From contig CAZZCL010000001.1 in NCBI GenBank assembly GCA_964652295.1, positions 14,759-78,758 on the forward strand: a stretch of DNA of 64,000 nt, read 5' to 3'. Each line of letters opens with the position of its first letter. The first letter of the stretch is position 1. Under the pieces are notes generated by a model. It saw nothing but the letters and a program-made list of their open reading frames with translations. It made no database searches and had not been told where the DNA came from. Position numbers and translations under genes: made by a program. Below are positions 9,360 to 18,404 of this stretch, in pieces. This stretch comes from an uncultured Chthoniobacterales bacterium. GTDB lineage: Bacteria > Verrucomicrobiota > Verrucomicrobiia > Chthoniobacterales > CALDSX01.

Positions 9360-10025
9360 GTGAAACGGCGGCTTGTCATGCTTGGCCCGCCTGCGTCGGG
9401 CAAAGGCACGTTCGCAGGTCTGATCTCGCGCGACTATCACATCCCTGCGACCTCGACAGGAGCGATCCTGCGGCGCGAGAGCGAGCTTGGCACTCCGTTG
9501 GGGCTCGCGGTGCATGAACTGACGTCAAAAGGGCGCCTCGCTCCCGATGACGTCGTTATTCCGCTTGCGCTGCAATGGGTGGACCGCCAGTCCGACGGAT
9601 TCCTGTTCGACGGATTTCCAAGAACGCTCCCTCAGGGTGAGGCCTTGCAGCGTCATCTGGCTGACACTGGACGAGGGCTGCAGGCGGCCATCCTGCTCGA
9701 TCTCCCTTTGGAAGAGATTCGCAGGCGCGTGTTGGCGCGGCGTGTGTGTTCACAGTGCCGCCGTAATTTCAGCGCCGGAACGCATATCCCGGAGAATGCG
9801 TCCGAATGTCCGGAATGCGGAGGCGCCCTGTTTCGGCGTGCTGACGATACTCTGGAAGCGCTGGACGAACGCATGCGGTTGTACGAACGCATCACTTTGC
9901 CGCTGGTGCCCTTCTACCGGGCGCAAGGGTTGCTTGCTACGGTGGATGCGTGCGGCGCAATGGACCTTGCCATGGGTCGCATTAAAAAAGCGCTTCAGAA
10001 CGGCAGCGAGTCGGCAGGGTTATGA
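9360..10025 (+). CDS. adk: Adenylate kinase (Cys4 zinc-lid type)
   Basis: GTG start. P-loop LGPPASGKGT, FLFDGFPRT motif, and a lid with CSQC...CPEC. Confidence 0.92.
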   Translation: MKRRLVMLGPPASGKGTFAGLISRDYHIPATSTGAILRRESELGTPLGLAVHELTSKGRLAPDDVVIPLALQWVDRQSDGFLFDGFPRTLPQGEALQRHLADTGRGLQAAILLDLPLEEIRRRVLARRVCSQCRRNFSAGTHIPENASECPECGGALFRRADDTLEALDERMRLYERITLPLVPFYRAQGLLATVDACGAMDLAMGRIKKALQNGSESAGL

Positions 10026-10816
10026 AAGCGATTCCCATTAAGAACAGCCGCGAGATTGAGCAGATGCGCGATTCGGCGCGTCTGGCCACCTCCATTCTTG
10101 AGCGGCTTGCAGCAGCGATCGCTCCTGGAATGACGACGAAGGAAGTCGACGAAATGGCGGCCGGCCTGATGAAGGATGCCGGAGCCCGAAGCGCCTTTTT
10201 GGGCTATAAAAAATTTCCCGGCCACATCTGCATCTCGCTGAACGAAGAGGTTGTTCACGGCATCGGCGGACCGCGCCGCATTCAGTATGGCGATCTCGTC
10301 AAGCTGGACGTGGGTGTTGTCTACAATGGCTGGGTGGGGGACACGGCGACAACCGTTGCGGTCGGGCTCGTAGACGCCGAGTCGCGCGCGCTGATGGATG
10401 TGACTGAAGCGGCGCTTTACCATGCCATCGCTTACGCCCGGGAAGGACGGCGTCTTGGCGATTTGTGTGCGGCGGTTGACGATTTTGTGAGCCCCCGCGG
10501 CTATGGTGTCGTCAGGGAGTTTGTTGGTCACGGTGTGGGGCGCAAACTGCATGAGGAACCGCAAGTGCCGAATTTTGGAAAGCGCGGCACGGGACCGAAA
10601 CTGAAAGCCGGCATGATCATGTGTATTGAACCGATGATCACAGCGGGGGATCCTACCGTGCGCGTGCTCGGCGACAAATGGACGGTAATCACAGCTGACC
10701 GTTCGCTCTCGGCGCATTATGAGCACACGGTGTTGGTAACGCGTGGCGAACCTGAAATCCTCACCCTGCGCGGAGAGCGTCCTGCGCGCTCTGCGAGAAC
10801 CAGACGGGTTTCCTGA
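10022..10816 (+). CDS. map: Methionine aminopeptidase, type I
   Basis: ATGA overlap with adk. Metal-ligand context matches MetAP-I: VVHGIGG...GDLVKLDVG....GW.GD.A.T, FVGHGVGR.LHE.P.V.N, and ..IEPMI. Confidence 0.93.
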   Translation: MKAIPIKNSREIEQMRDSARLATSILERLAAAIAPGMTTKEVDEMAAGLMKDAGARSAFLGYKKFPGHICISLNEEVVHGIGGPRRIQYGDLVKLDVGVVYNGWVGDTATTVAVGLVDAESRALMDVTEAALYHAIAYAREGRRLGDLCAAVDDFVSPRGYGVVREFVGHGVGRKLHEEPQVPNFGKRGTGPKLKAGMIMCIEPMITAGDPTVRVLGDKWTVITADRSLSAHYEHTVLVTRGEPEILTLRGERPARSARTRRVS

Positions 10817-10969
10817 CTGGCAGGGTCCGGGGCCGACCCCTTTGTCCCGAACGCCCTCAGCCGCCTGCATGGAGGCGGCGGACAAGCGGCGCCGGCGGAG
10901 CATGGAGGAAGGAAGGAAGCGCGTATGGTCTTGCGTTCTCCTGCGGGTTCCCGGCAGACTTGTCGGACG

Positions 10970-11974
10970 ATGTCTTCGGATTATGACGGTGCGTGGAAAG
11001 AAGTCCTGCATGACAATCTGCGCGATGCCCTGCGGTGTTTCTTTCCGGGTGTCGAGTCGGGACTCGACTGGTCGCATCCGCCGGAGTTCCTGGAACAGGA
11101 ACTCCGCGCTCTGTCGATCGAAGGATGGAACAGGGACAACCGGGTGGATGTGCTGGTGCGGGTTGCCGGACTTGAAGGCGTGAAGCGGCTGCTCTATCTG
11201 CACTTGGAAATTCAAAGCTTCAAGGAAGCGGATTTTGCTTCCAGAGTGTTCCGCTGTTATCACGGTTTGCGCAGCGCCTGCGGGGCTGAAGTGGTGACGC
11301 TCGCGGTGCTTGCCGACCTCGATCCGCAGTGGAAACCCGCCGAGTACCGTCATGAACTGTTCGGGTGTGAAATTTTCTTCCGGTTCCCATGCTGTAAGTT
11401 GATCGAGATCCTGCCGCGCCTTGAAGGCGAGCGCTCGCTTCCGGCGCTGGCCGCGCAGGCGCAGATTGAAGCGCTGGCCACCAGCCGGAATCCGGACAGG
11501 AGATTGGCGGCACGCTGGCGGCTGACACGGCGGCTTTATGAAAGCGGCTACAGCCGCAGTGAAGTGCGGGAAGCCTTTGCGTTGCTGGCGCGCATGATGA
11601 GGCTGCCGGCGGCGGCGGCGTTGACTTTTCGGGACATGGTCATAGCCTACGAAAAAGACAACGCCATGCCATACGTGACAGACATTGAAGAGATGGCCAT
11701 CGAGAAAGGCCTGGCTCAGGGGCTTGAGCAGGGGCTTGAGCAGGGGCTTGAGCAGGGACTTGAGCAGGGACTTGAGCAGGGACTTGAGCAGGGGCGCATT
11801 GTTTCGCTGCAGGAATCCATTGTGGAAGTGCTGGCAGCACGTTTTCGCCGGGTGCCGCAAGAGTTGCGGACGAAAATCTTCGCGTTGTCCGACGCGGCGA
11901 AGCTGCAGGAGATATTGCGCGCAGCAGCGCGGTGCAACAGCCTTGAGGCGTTCGCCGCTTCGCTGGTTCTCTGA
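10970..11974 (+). CDS. Rpn/YhgA-like PD-(D/E)XK recombination-promoting nuclease / putative transposase with DUF4351-like C-terminus
   Basis: ATG 10970 inside ORF 10925..11974. N-terminus SDYDGAWKEVLHDNLRDALRCFFPGV...DWSHPPEFLEQEL. Nuclease-core-like RVDVLVRV....G..RLLYLHLEIQS. MPYVTDIEEMAIEKG is followed by a Gly-Leu-Glu-Gln repeat and a C-terminal helical tail, an architecture I recognise from cyanobacterial and other DUF4351 proteins. Confidence 0.7.
   Translation: MSSDYDGAWKEVLHDNLRDALRCFFPGVESGLDWSHPPEFLEQELRALSIEGWNRDNRVDVLVRVAGLEGVKRLLYLHLEIQSFKEADFASRVFRCYHGLRSACGAEVVTLAVLADLDPQWKPAEYRHELFGCEIFFRFPCCKLIEILPRLEGERSLPALAAQAQIEALATSRNPDRRLAARWRLTRRLYESGYSRSEVREAFALLARMMRLPAAAALTFRDMVIAYEKDNAMPYVTDIEEMAIEKGLAQGLEQGLEQGLEQGLEQGLEQGLEQGRIVSLQESIVEVLAARFRRVPQELRTKIFALSDAAKLQEILRAAARCNSLEAFAASLVL
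11708..11791 (+). repeat. Perfectly phased 12-bp tandem repeat x7 (GGNCTTGAGCAG), coding (GL[AE]Q)7
   Basis: Read directly: ggcctggctcag, then gggcttgagcag x3, then ggacttgagcag x3. In frame within the Rpn-like CDS. Confidence 0.95.
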
Positions 11975-12038
11975 TTCGTCAGCGCCCGGGGTTCATGACG
12001 GAATCTGGAGGGTGGGAGATGGCGGATGCTCCAGGCCG

Positions 12039-12529
12039 TTACGGCAACCATTTGGGCCGCAGTTGCGTGGCGGATTCAGGAGGCGGGGGGATGCGGCACT
12101 TTTCCGCTGGGCTTTTCCCTGCGCTCCGGCAGGTAGGGGCGACGCGTTTGAAGTCAGCAAAGCGTTTTATGCTCTCCGACGTTTCGTGTGCGCCGTGTTG
12201 GCTAAGGCCGGTGGGATGCAGCCGCGCACTCGTCCACCAATTGTATTCCTGGAGGAGGACGAAGGCGCATTCGCGCAAGAAATCCCCCGTCCAAAGCATC
12301 CGGGCAGGCGGGCTGTGCGAAGTAGTCGACGATCCAGTTTACGCCTGAGATCTCCGGGGGGTCCGGTGGAGCCGGATTCAATAGCCGACTCGGGTGGTTG
12401 AGCGTTAGTGACCGTGGAGAAGGCGAGGCAAACGGACACGACGGAGAGCAGTGCACGAAGTGGTGCCGTGGTTCCGGGCAGGCGGCGAAGCAGGGAAGAA
12501 CAGGTACGGCTGGTTGGGTGAGACGCCAT
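12039..12529 (-). pseudogene. Remnant of a small secreted protein, split over three reading frames
   Basis: Frame A (12167..12529) carries a signal-peptide-like LRALLSVVSVCLAFSTVTNA. The protein-like sequence continues in frame B (EISGVNWIVDYFAQPACPDAL) after a 6-nt G/C homopolymer at 12356-12361. It continues again in frame C (GDFLRECAFVLLQEYNWWTSARLHPTG) after a 5-nt run at 12284-12288. Confidence 0.3.
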
Positions 12530-12668
12530 GGGTTTATAAGCCGCCGGGATTAGGAAGAGTTCGGAGTCTGCCGGGTTGCGGGCGTGTTGACAAGTACGAA
12601 GTCAGCCTCCGCCCGGGTGGCACCGACTATGCCGCTGCGAGCCAGCCTGCCGGCGTGACGCTCTCCAA

Positions 12669-12929
12669 TCAGGCGCTGCGCAGCGCCGCAAGCAGTCGAT
12701 CCCGCCGGCGGCGAGCGAGATCCAAGTCGGCGGTGCCAAGAGAGCATCTGATGCGCCGCTTGGTGTAGTCTGGCAGGTGCAGGGTGTAATGGCACCACCA
12801 GGAACCGTTGTTGTTCCAGAGATGATGATTGGGATTGTTGCGGTCGATCCGCAAACTGGGTGTGCTTTGGGTCATTGGGATGCGTTGAGGAATCGGCGTT
12901 CTGTTCAACGCATCAGGAGACGCAAACAT
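12669..12929 (-). pseudogene. Tyrosine-recombinase (phage-type integrase) N-terminal stub, catalytic domain missing
   Basis: 86-aa ORF RIDRNNPNHHLWNNNGSWWCHYTLHLPDYTKRRIRCSLGTADLDLARRRRDRLL resembles the N-terminal arm region of integrases from memory. The ORF stops at 12669 and no frame downstream continues as a catalytic domain. Confidence 0.4.
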
Positions 12930-13193
12930 CCGCGGCGGATCTTCGCGTGGAGAGCGGCTTTGTTTTCACGGCGCCGACAAGTCCGGCGGAGGAAAACCGC
13001 ATCGCCACCGGCGCGAATCAACGATTTCGCGCAGGAAGCAGGCACCTCGAGCTCTCCAACCCAGGTTGCCGGGCTGTTTGCACTCTGCGAACGGACACGC
13101 CGTTTGCCTGAGGTGTAAAAAGCCACTCCTGATGCATGAAATCAATCCGACAGGCCGGTTGCAAATGCAAGCGGCGGTGTGTCATAAAGCCAG

Positions 13194-14411
13194 CTAGCGC
13201 GGAGGGGCCAGCCGGGGCTGAGCCGGCTGGGGAGGAAGATTTCCAAGGGGCAGTTCCGCGGTGGCCGGGCGCTTAAGGCGTTGATCGCATTCCATGTCCA
13301 TCCAACGCACAAGCGGGGCAAGGCTTTGCCCGCCGTCCTGATGCCATGTGGCGGGCGGAAATTGCATGCGTCCGAGGGGGCAGATGCGTGAGAGGCCTGT
13401 TACCCGGGCGAGCAGTTGCCCGTACTCCATGGAGGCGGGATAAATGCCGGCTGCACTCAGCTGATGGCGGACAGGAAATACGGCAGCGGACACGGATCCG
13501 GGCAAGGGTTTCACGAAGACCACGCGGTTGAGACAACTGACGCCGAACGAAGGATCTTCCTCGTAAATGACGGTCCAGTCGGTTCCGGGATCGGAATGCC
13601 AGACTCGCACGGTACTGTCGTTTCCGGCCCGGAACCGGTAGCTGGCGCGGATGTTGGCGATCATCGCGGCGCTGTCGGCGTCGAGTTTGCGGCGCGGAGT
13701 ATGCCGGTTGAAATCGGCCATAGCATGGGCAAGACGCTGGGCATAGGTCATGGCGTCGATGCGACCGTTTTCATTCACGTAAATTGTATGGGGGGAAAGA
13801 CAGCCTTGTTGATCGTAAAGCGAGACATCGCGTGCGGCGAGCCGGGGCGATTCGTACATGGGATCGTCGTAGATAACGGCGAAACTGACGCGATGACCGT
13901 GGGCGACGAAGACCTGTCCGGGCCGGACCAGCTTGCGGAAATGTGCAACGGTGTCATCGCCACCAAAGGCCACAACGGCTTCGCTCTCATCCAGCCAACG
14001 CTTGGGGAGGTCGGTTGAAATCTCGATCTCGTAACACAACGGCCGTGGGAGCGCATCGCGGAATGCAGCGACTTCCGGCAGGCCGGCGGACGGGATCTTA
14101 CAGAAGTTATGGGCGCCGAGCAGCAGCCCGCGAATCAGGGATTGGATGGCCGCATGGGGGGTGTTGCCCGCCATGATATGCAGGAGGCTGACGGGTGGAA
14201 TGGCGCGTGTGAACTGGAGGTAGGCCGGCTTTCCTGTCTTGCTCTGCCCAAAGCTATGGTAGATGCAGAAGCGGTCGAGAATTTCTCCGTGGCCGAGTTC
14301 GGCCTCGACAAGGGCGAGCAGGTCGCGGGCGCCAATCTCGCCAAGCCACGGGAACTTTACTGCCGCCACGGCGATGCGTTCTGCGATTTCATGTGTGGCG
14401 AGCGTCGTCAT
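13194..14411 (-). CDS. LuxC-family acyl-CoA (acyl-protein) reductase-like protein
   Basis: ATG 14411 inside ORF 13194..14534 (405 aa). Reads LLHIMAGNTPHAAIQSLIRGLL.G, has the active-site-like DQQGCLSPH, and is ALDH-fold sized. The start overlaps the stop of the upstream luxE-like gene (ATGA at 14408-14411). Confidence 0.7.
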   Translation of the reverse strand: MTTLATHEIAERIAVAAVKFPWLGEIGARDLLALVEAELGHGEILDRFCIYHSFGQSKTGKPAYLQFTRAIPPVSLLHIMAGNTPHAAIQSLIRGLLLGAHNFCKIPSAGLPEVAAFRDALPRPLCYEIEISTDLPKRWLDESEAVVAFGGDDTVAHFRKLVRPGQVFVAHGHRVSFAVIYDDPMYESPRLAARDVSLYDQQGCLSPHTIYVNENGRIDAMTYAQRLAHAMADFNRHTPRRKLDADSAAMIANIRASYRFRAGNDSTVRVWHSDPGTDWTVIYEEDPSFGVSCLNRVVFVKPLPGSVSAAVFPVRHQLSAAGIYPASMEYGQLLARVTGLSRICPLGRMQFPPATWHQDGGQSLAPLVRWMDMECDQRLKRPATAELPLGNLPPQPAQPRLAPPR

Positions 14412-15547
14412 GGCACGGCATCCCCGGCGCTGTGAGGTGTTACATGTTCGTTGGCGGAAAGCGAGCATCCGCGGGCAGGAGCAGACGGATTCCGGCCGAT
14501 CAACTGGAATCCGCCCGATTCCTGCGCAACACAAAGGTCCTGCGTGTCGATCGCGAACACCGACTCCACATTCGCGAGATCGTGCAACCGCGCGAAACCC
14601 ATTGTTCCCGGCTGGGCGTCTGTACCGGTTTCCGGGTTAATGACCCGCACCCGCAGCCAAGGCGGCGGGTAGTGCTCGCCATCCGCTCCGCGGCCGTAGC
14701 ATTGGGAGCTGAGTTCGGTCATACCATATTCGTTGACGATGGATGCATCCGGCACACCGAATGTTTCGGCAATGCGTCTGTAAAATGCACGTTTCGAGAG
14801 CGTGATGCGGGCACCTTTATACCCGCCGGTTTCCCAGATCCAACTGCCTGCCGGGAGAATCGAATTGGGTGTGTTGCCGCTGGAGACGATGCGCTCCATG
14901 AGCATCCACAGCGTTACGGCGGTGGTCATGAGCATGAGGGGCTCGCGCTGTTGTTCAAGGCGGGCGAGGACCGCATCGAAATCGGCGGTGCTCCGATCAC
15001 GACCATAGGCCTCGTGGGCTCCGGACAAACCGGCAGCCACCACGCCCACCATGTGCGAGAGCGACCAGTCTGGCGCCTTGTCGGGTGGAGGGAGCAGGCA
15101 GATGCGTGTCATTGAGGGCAGGCGGGCATGCTTCCAGCCTTCGAGAATGGCGAGATCGTACAACTGCGTCGACGCGAATTCATGCTGGCCGCGCGTCGCA
15201 CTTGTGGTGCCGCTTGTTGTAAAAATGCGCGTGGCACGGCCCTTTGGATAAATTGAAAGGCGTGCATGCTTAAAACCGTCCTGGGGAACGGCAGGAATGT
15301 CGCGCCACGATTGCGGACGGCTTGCGGGGGCGGGTAGGGATGTCACGTAAGCGCGGTAGGCCGCGTTGAGACGCATGTGCAGGCTGAAAAGTCCCAGCGC
15401 GAGCGAGTCGAAGGTCGCCTCCGTTTGTGGCGTGTGCCCCAGTATATACGCGGCAATGGCGCTGCGGATTGCATCGATCTCGTGGTCTGAATTGTCGCTT
15501 TGTGCTTCCGGGAAGGAGGTCACGATTTCCGGCTTGGCAATTCCCAT
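14408..15547 (-). CDS. LuxE-family acyl-protein synthetase (adenylate-forming) -like protein
   Basis: ORF 14408..15718. Start at ATG 15547 gives 379 aa, which is LuxE-sized. Adenylation motif FTTSGTTSATRGQHEF, plus ETGGYKG and NEYGMTE. Start choice is uncertain (15547, 15574, 15598 or 15718). Confidence 0.7.
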   Translation of the reverse strand: MGIAKPEIVTSFPEAQSDNSDHEIDAIRSAIAAYILGHTPQTEATFDSLALGLFSLHMRLNAAYRAYVTSLPAPASRPQSWRDIPAVPQDGFKHARLSIYPKGRATRIFTTSGTTSATRGQHEFASTQLYDLAILEGWKHARLPSMTRICLLPPPDKAPDWSLSHMVGVVAAGLSGAHEAYGRDRSTADFDAVLARLEQQREPLMLMTTAVTLWMLMERIVSSGNTPNSILPAGSWIWETGGYKGARITLSKRAFYRRIAETFGVPDASIVNEYGMTELSSQCYGRGADGEHYPPPWLRVRVINPETGTDAQPGTMGFARLHDLANVESVFAIDTQDLCVAQESGGFQLIGRNPSAPARGCSLSANEHVTPHSAGDAVP

Positions 15548-15572
15548 ATGTGCAAGGCAGTTTATCTCACGC

Positions 15573-18404
15573 ATGCAGAGCGCCAGATACGTTTGCATTT
15601 TGCTTCTGAGCGGCACATTCGCGGCGTCGCTGGCCTGTGTCGAGGGACAAAGCCCACCACCAGCCGAGGGCGGGGAAGGGGCCAACCTCGGCACGCTGAC
15701 GGCAGAGGAGCTGTTCAATGAAGGAACGCTCGCTTATACGGTCGGACGTTTCCAGGATGCAGCGGCTGCGTTCGAGAGGTTTCTCGCTTCCTACGGAGAA
15801 AGTGCGGACGCAGCAGAGATCCTGCCAAATCTGCTGCCGTCTCTGGCCTTGAGTCGGTTGCGTCTGGGTGATTATGGGAAAGCACAGGAAGCCATTGGCA
15901 GGGCGCTTGAGTTGAGGGACCGGATTCCTGGCGAGGTTCGGGAGGAGCTGCAGTTCTGGAAAGGCGTATGCGCCTTGCAGACAGAGGATTTTGACCGGTC
16001 CCGAAGTGAGCTTGCCGCGTTTGCACGCACGTATCCCCGGTCTGCCAAGCGGCTTGAAGCAGAAATTCTCGCCGGAACCAGTCATGTGATCGAGAAATCG
16101 TGGGATGCCGCCGTGGTGGCACTGGACCCTCTGCTCGACAGAACCCGGGGAGAGGATCGGTCGCGCATTGTCATTCTTAGGCTGTATGCGCTTTCGCAGG
16201 CCGGACGGCACGATGAGGCGCGCGAGACTATCTTGGCCGAGTTTCCGAATCTTGATGCGATCACGCAGCTTGCGGCGTTCAACGTCATTGTGTTGGAAAC
16301 CGGCGCGCATTTCCTGGAGGCAGGCGAATTCCGCAAAGCCGTGTCCTGCCTGCAGCGCGTGCAGGATTCGGCACAGCTGTTGCAGCGCCAGCACGCACTG
16401 TTGGACAAACTGCGTGCTGCTCGCGCTGCTGCAGAGCAACGGAACGACGCATTCGCAACCTATCGGCTCGGGCAACTGCTGGCCAAGGTGGAGCGCGAGA
16501 TCGCTGAGTTTCGCAAGATCGACATGTTCGATTCTGCTCTTCGGATGCGACTTGCAAGTGCTTATCTGGGACTGAACCGATGGAGAGAGGCAGCCTTGAT
16601 TCTGGGTGCGATGCTGGAGGAATTGCCAGCTGACGAGATTGTGGAAGCGGCCTCGCTTTCGCTCCTGCAGTGCTGGAACGAAATCGAACGCTGGCCGCGT
16701 GTCGTTGAGAGTGCGGACAGATTTTTACGCCGATTCAAGGACTCTGCGCGGAGGCCGCTGGCGCTCTTTATGAAGGGGCAGGCGTTGCAGGAGGATAATC
16801 AGGCCGCAGAATCCGTGGAGGTTTTCGAATTGCTGGAGGCAGACCATCCCGACCATGAACTGGCACCGCGCGCAGCGTTCATGGCGGGGTTTGGCCATCT
16901 GCTCGCCGAGGATTACGAAGCCGGCCGCGAGCGCATGGAGAAAGTTCGCGCCGATTATCCGTCTCATGAAATGGCAGAGAACGCCGAGTATTGGAGCGCA
17001 ATGGCATTGTCATTTGCCAAGGAGCACGAGCCTGCTGCGGCAGCATTTCGCGAGTACTGCACCCGGCACAGGGTTGGTGGGCGCTATCTTGCTGAGGCGG
17101 CCTTCCGGGAGGCGTACAGCATGCATGCGCTTCAGGATTACACCCGTGGCATTGCGTTGCTTGAAGATTATCTTCGCCAATTTTCCGGGCATGAACAAAA
17201 CGACGAGGCTCTTCTGCTGCTTGGCGACGGGCTCGGCGCGGTCGGCCGGGTCGATGACGCAATTGCGGCCTATCGTCGCGTATCGGATGCCACAGTGCGT
17301 TTCCATGAGGAAGCGGTTTTTAAGGCTGCGAAAGCCATGCAGCTTGCGGAACGATCGGAGGAGGTGCGCAACCACCTTGAGCAGTTCGTGGCGGCAAATC
17401 CAGCCAGTGTGCGCCTTGCGGAAGCAATTCATCTGATTGGGCGTACCTGGATCGCAGAGGATCGCCTGGATACGGCGCGCGATTTGTATTGGCAAGCCAT
17501 CGACCGTCTCGGCAACGATCCTTCGCGGCGCTCTGTTGAAGATTTGCTTGCGGGCGTGATCCGGTTGTATCGCGAGGACGACGAACGGCGCCGGCTGATC
17601 GCCCGTCTCAATGATGGCATCGACGCTGCAGAAGAATCCGGAGAGACCGTGCGACAATCACGGTTGTTGTGGGCGCTGGCTCGAACCTTGGCCAGGGAAG
17701 AGCTGGATAAGGCGACGGATTTTGTGCGCAAGGCTGGCGCGCTGGCAGACGTCTCGACCGCAAACCCGATGCTGCTGGCCGACGCAGCGGGCGCGGCCCG
17801 CGCAGCAGGAGATCTGGAGGAGGCCCAACTGTTGTATGGTGAACTGGTGAGATGGAATCCCCGCGCTCCGCAGAAAGCTGAGGCATTGGCCGCGCTTGGC
17901 CTCATGGCGATGGAGGCGGGCGATGATCCCGCCGCTTTGGCGCATTTCGAACGTTTCGCGCGCGAGACGCAGGGCTCCTTGCACGCTTCGCAAGTGCGCC
18001 TTGCGCACGCGGAACTGCTCGCTCGCAGAGGCGAAACGGATGCCGCCGTGGATGTGCTTGAGGCGTTGCTCGCCGATGAGTACGCGCCCGCGCGCAAAAA
18101 GTCGCGCGCTCTGGTGCGCATCGGTGACCTGTTCAGCCGAAAAGGGGAGGAGAACAAAGCCTTCGCATATTATCAGCGGGTGTACGTGATGTATGGGCGC
18201 TGGACTGAGGACGTGGCGCGCGCGTACCTGAGGTGCGGAGAAATTCTCGAGGCACGCAACGATGCTGGCGGGGCGCACGCCACGTACAAGGAAATGCTTT
18301 TGCGGGCTGACGTGGCAGCCACGCCCGAAGGAGAGGAGGCCCGCCGCAGGCTGGAATCTTTGCCCGCGCCACCGAAGACGCAGGGTCGAGACGTTGGTTC
18401 ATGA
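15573..18404 (+). CDS. Large exported TPR-repeat protein
   Basis: ATG 15573 inside ORF 15366..18404 gives signal-like MQSARYVCILLLSGTFAASLACVEGQ. There are more than 15 TPR-like 34-aa helical pairs (e.g. LFNEGTLAYTVGRFQDAAAAFERFLASYGES; AEYWSAMALSFAKEHEPAAAAFREY). Confidence 0.8.
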   Translation: MQSARYVCILLLSGTFAASLACVEGQSPPPAEGGEGANLGTLTAEELFNEGTLAYTVGRFQDAAAAFERFLASYGESADAAEILPNLLPSLALSRLRLGDYGKAQEAIGRALELRDRIPGEVREELQFWKGVCALQTEDFDRSRSELAAFARTYPRSAKRLEAEILAGTSHVIEKSWDAAVVALDPLLDRTRGEDRSRIVILRLYALSQAGRHDEARETILAEFPNLDAITQLAAFNVIVLETGAHFLEAGEFRKAVSCLQRVQDSAQLLQRQHALLDKLRAARAAAEQRNDAFATYRLGQLLAKVEREIAEFRKIDMFDSALRMRLASAYLGLNRWREAALILGAMLEELPADEIVEAASLSLLQCWNEIERWPRVVESADRFLRRFKDSARRPLALFMKGQALQEDNQAAESVEVFELLEADHPDHELAPRAAFMAGFGHLLAEDYEAGRERMEKVRADYPSHEMAENAEYWSAMALSFAKEHEPAAAAFREYCTRHRVGGRYLAEAAFREAYSMHALQDYTRGIALLEDYLRQFSGHEQNDEALLLLGDGLGAVGRVDDAIAAYRRVSDATVRFHEEAVFKAAKAMQLAERSEEVRNHLEQFVAANPASVRLAEAIHLIGRTWIAEDRLDTARDLYWQAIDRLGNDPSRRSVEDLLAGVIRLYREDDERRRLIARLNDGIDAAEESGETVRQSRLLWALARTLAREELDKATDFVRKAGALADVSTANPMLLADAAGAARAAGDLEEAQLLYGELVRWNPRAPQKAEALAALGLMAMEAGDDPAALAHFERFARETQGSLHASQVRLAHAELLARRGETDAAVDVLEALLADEYAPARKKSRALVRIGDLFSRKGEENKAFAYYQRVYVMYGRWTEDVARAYLRCGEILEARNDAGGAHATYKEMLLRADVAATPEGEEARRRLESLPAPPKTQGRDVGS

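Noticed and set aside
11708-11791. Tandem repeat as a CRISPR-like array
   Set aside because: The units are 12 bp, contiguous without spacers, in frame and inside a CDS. This is a coding minisatellite, not CRISPR.
9995-11860. 621-aa ORF on the minus strand spanning map and the Rpn-like gene
   Set aside because: It is antisense to two genes with strong family signatures. Its Arg/Pro/His-rich, low-complexity composition (including LLKSLLKSLLK, the mirror of the 12-bp repeat) is typical of shadow ORFs in high-GC DNA.
15366-15718. Literal 353-nt overlap of the longest luxE-like and TPR ORFs
   Set aside because: This is an artefact of taking the most upstream start codons. Internal starts (15547 on the minus strand, 15573 on the plus strand) give family-typical lengths and a signal peptide and remove the overlap. 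The very short remaining spacer is reported as part of a finding instead.
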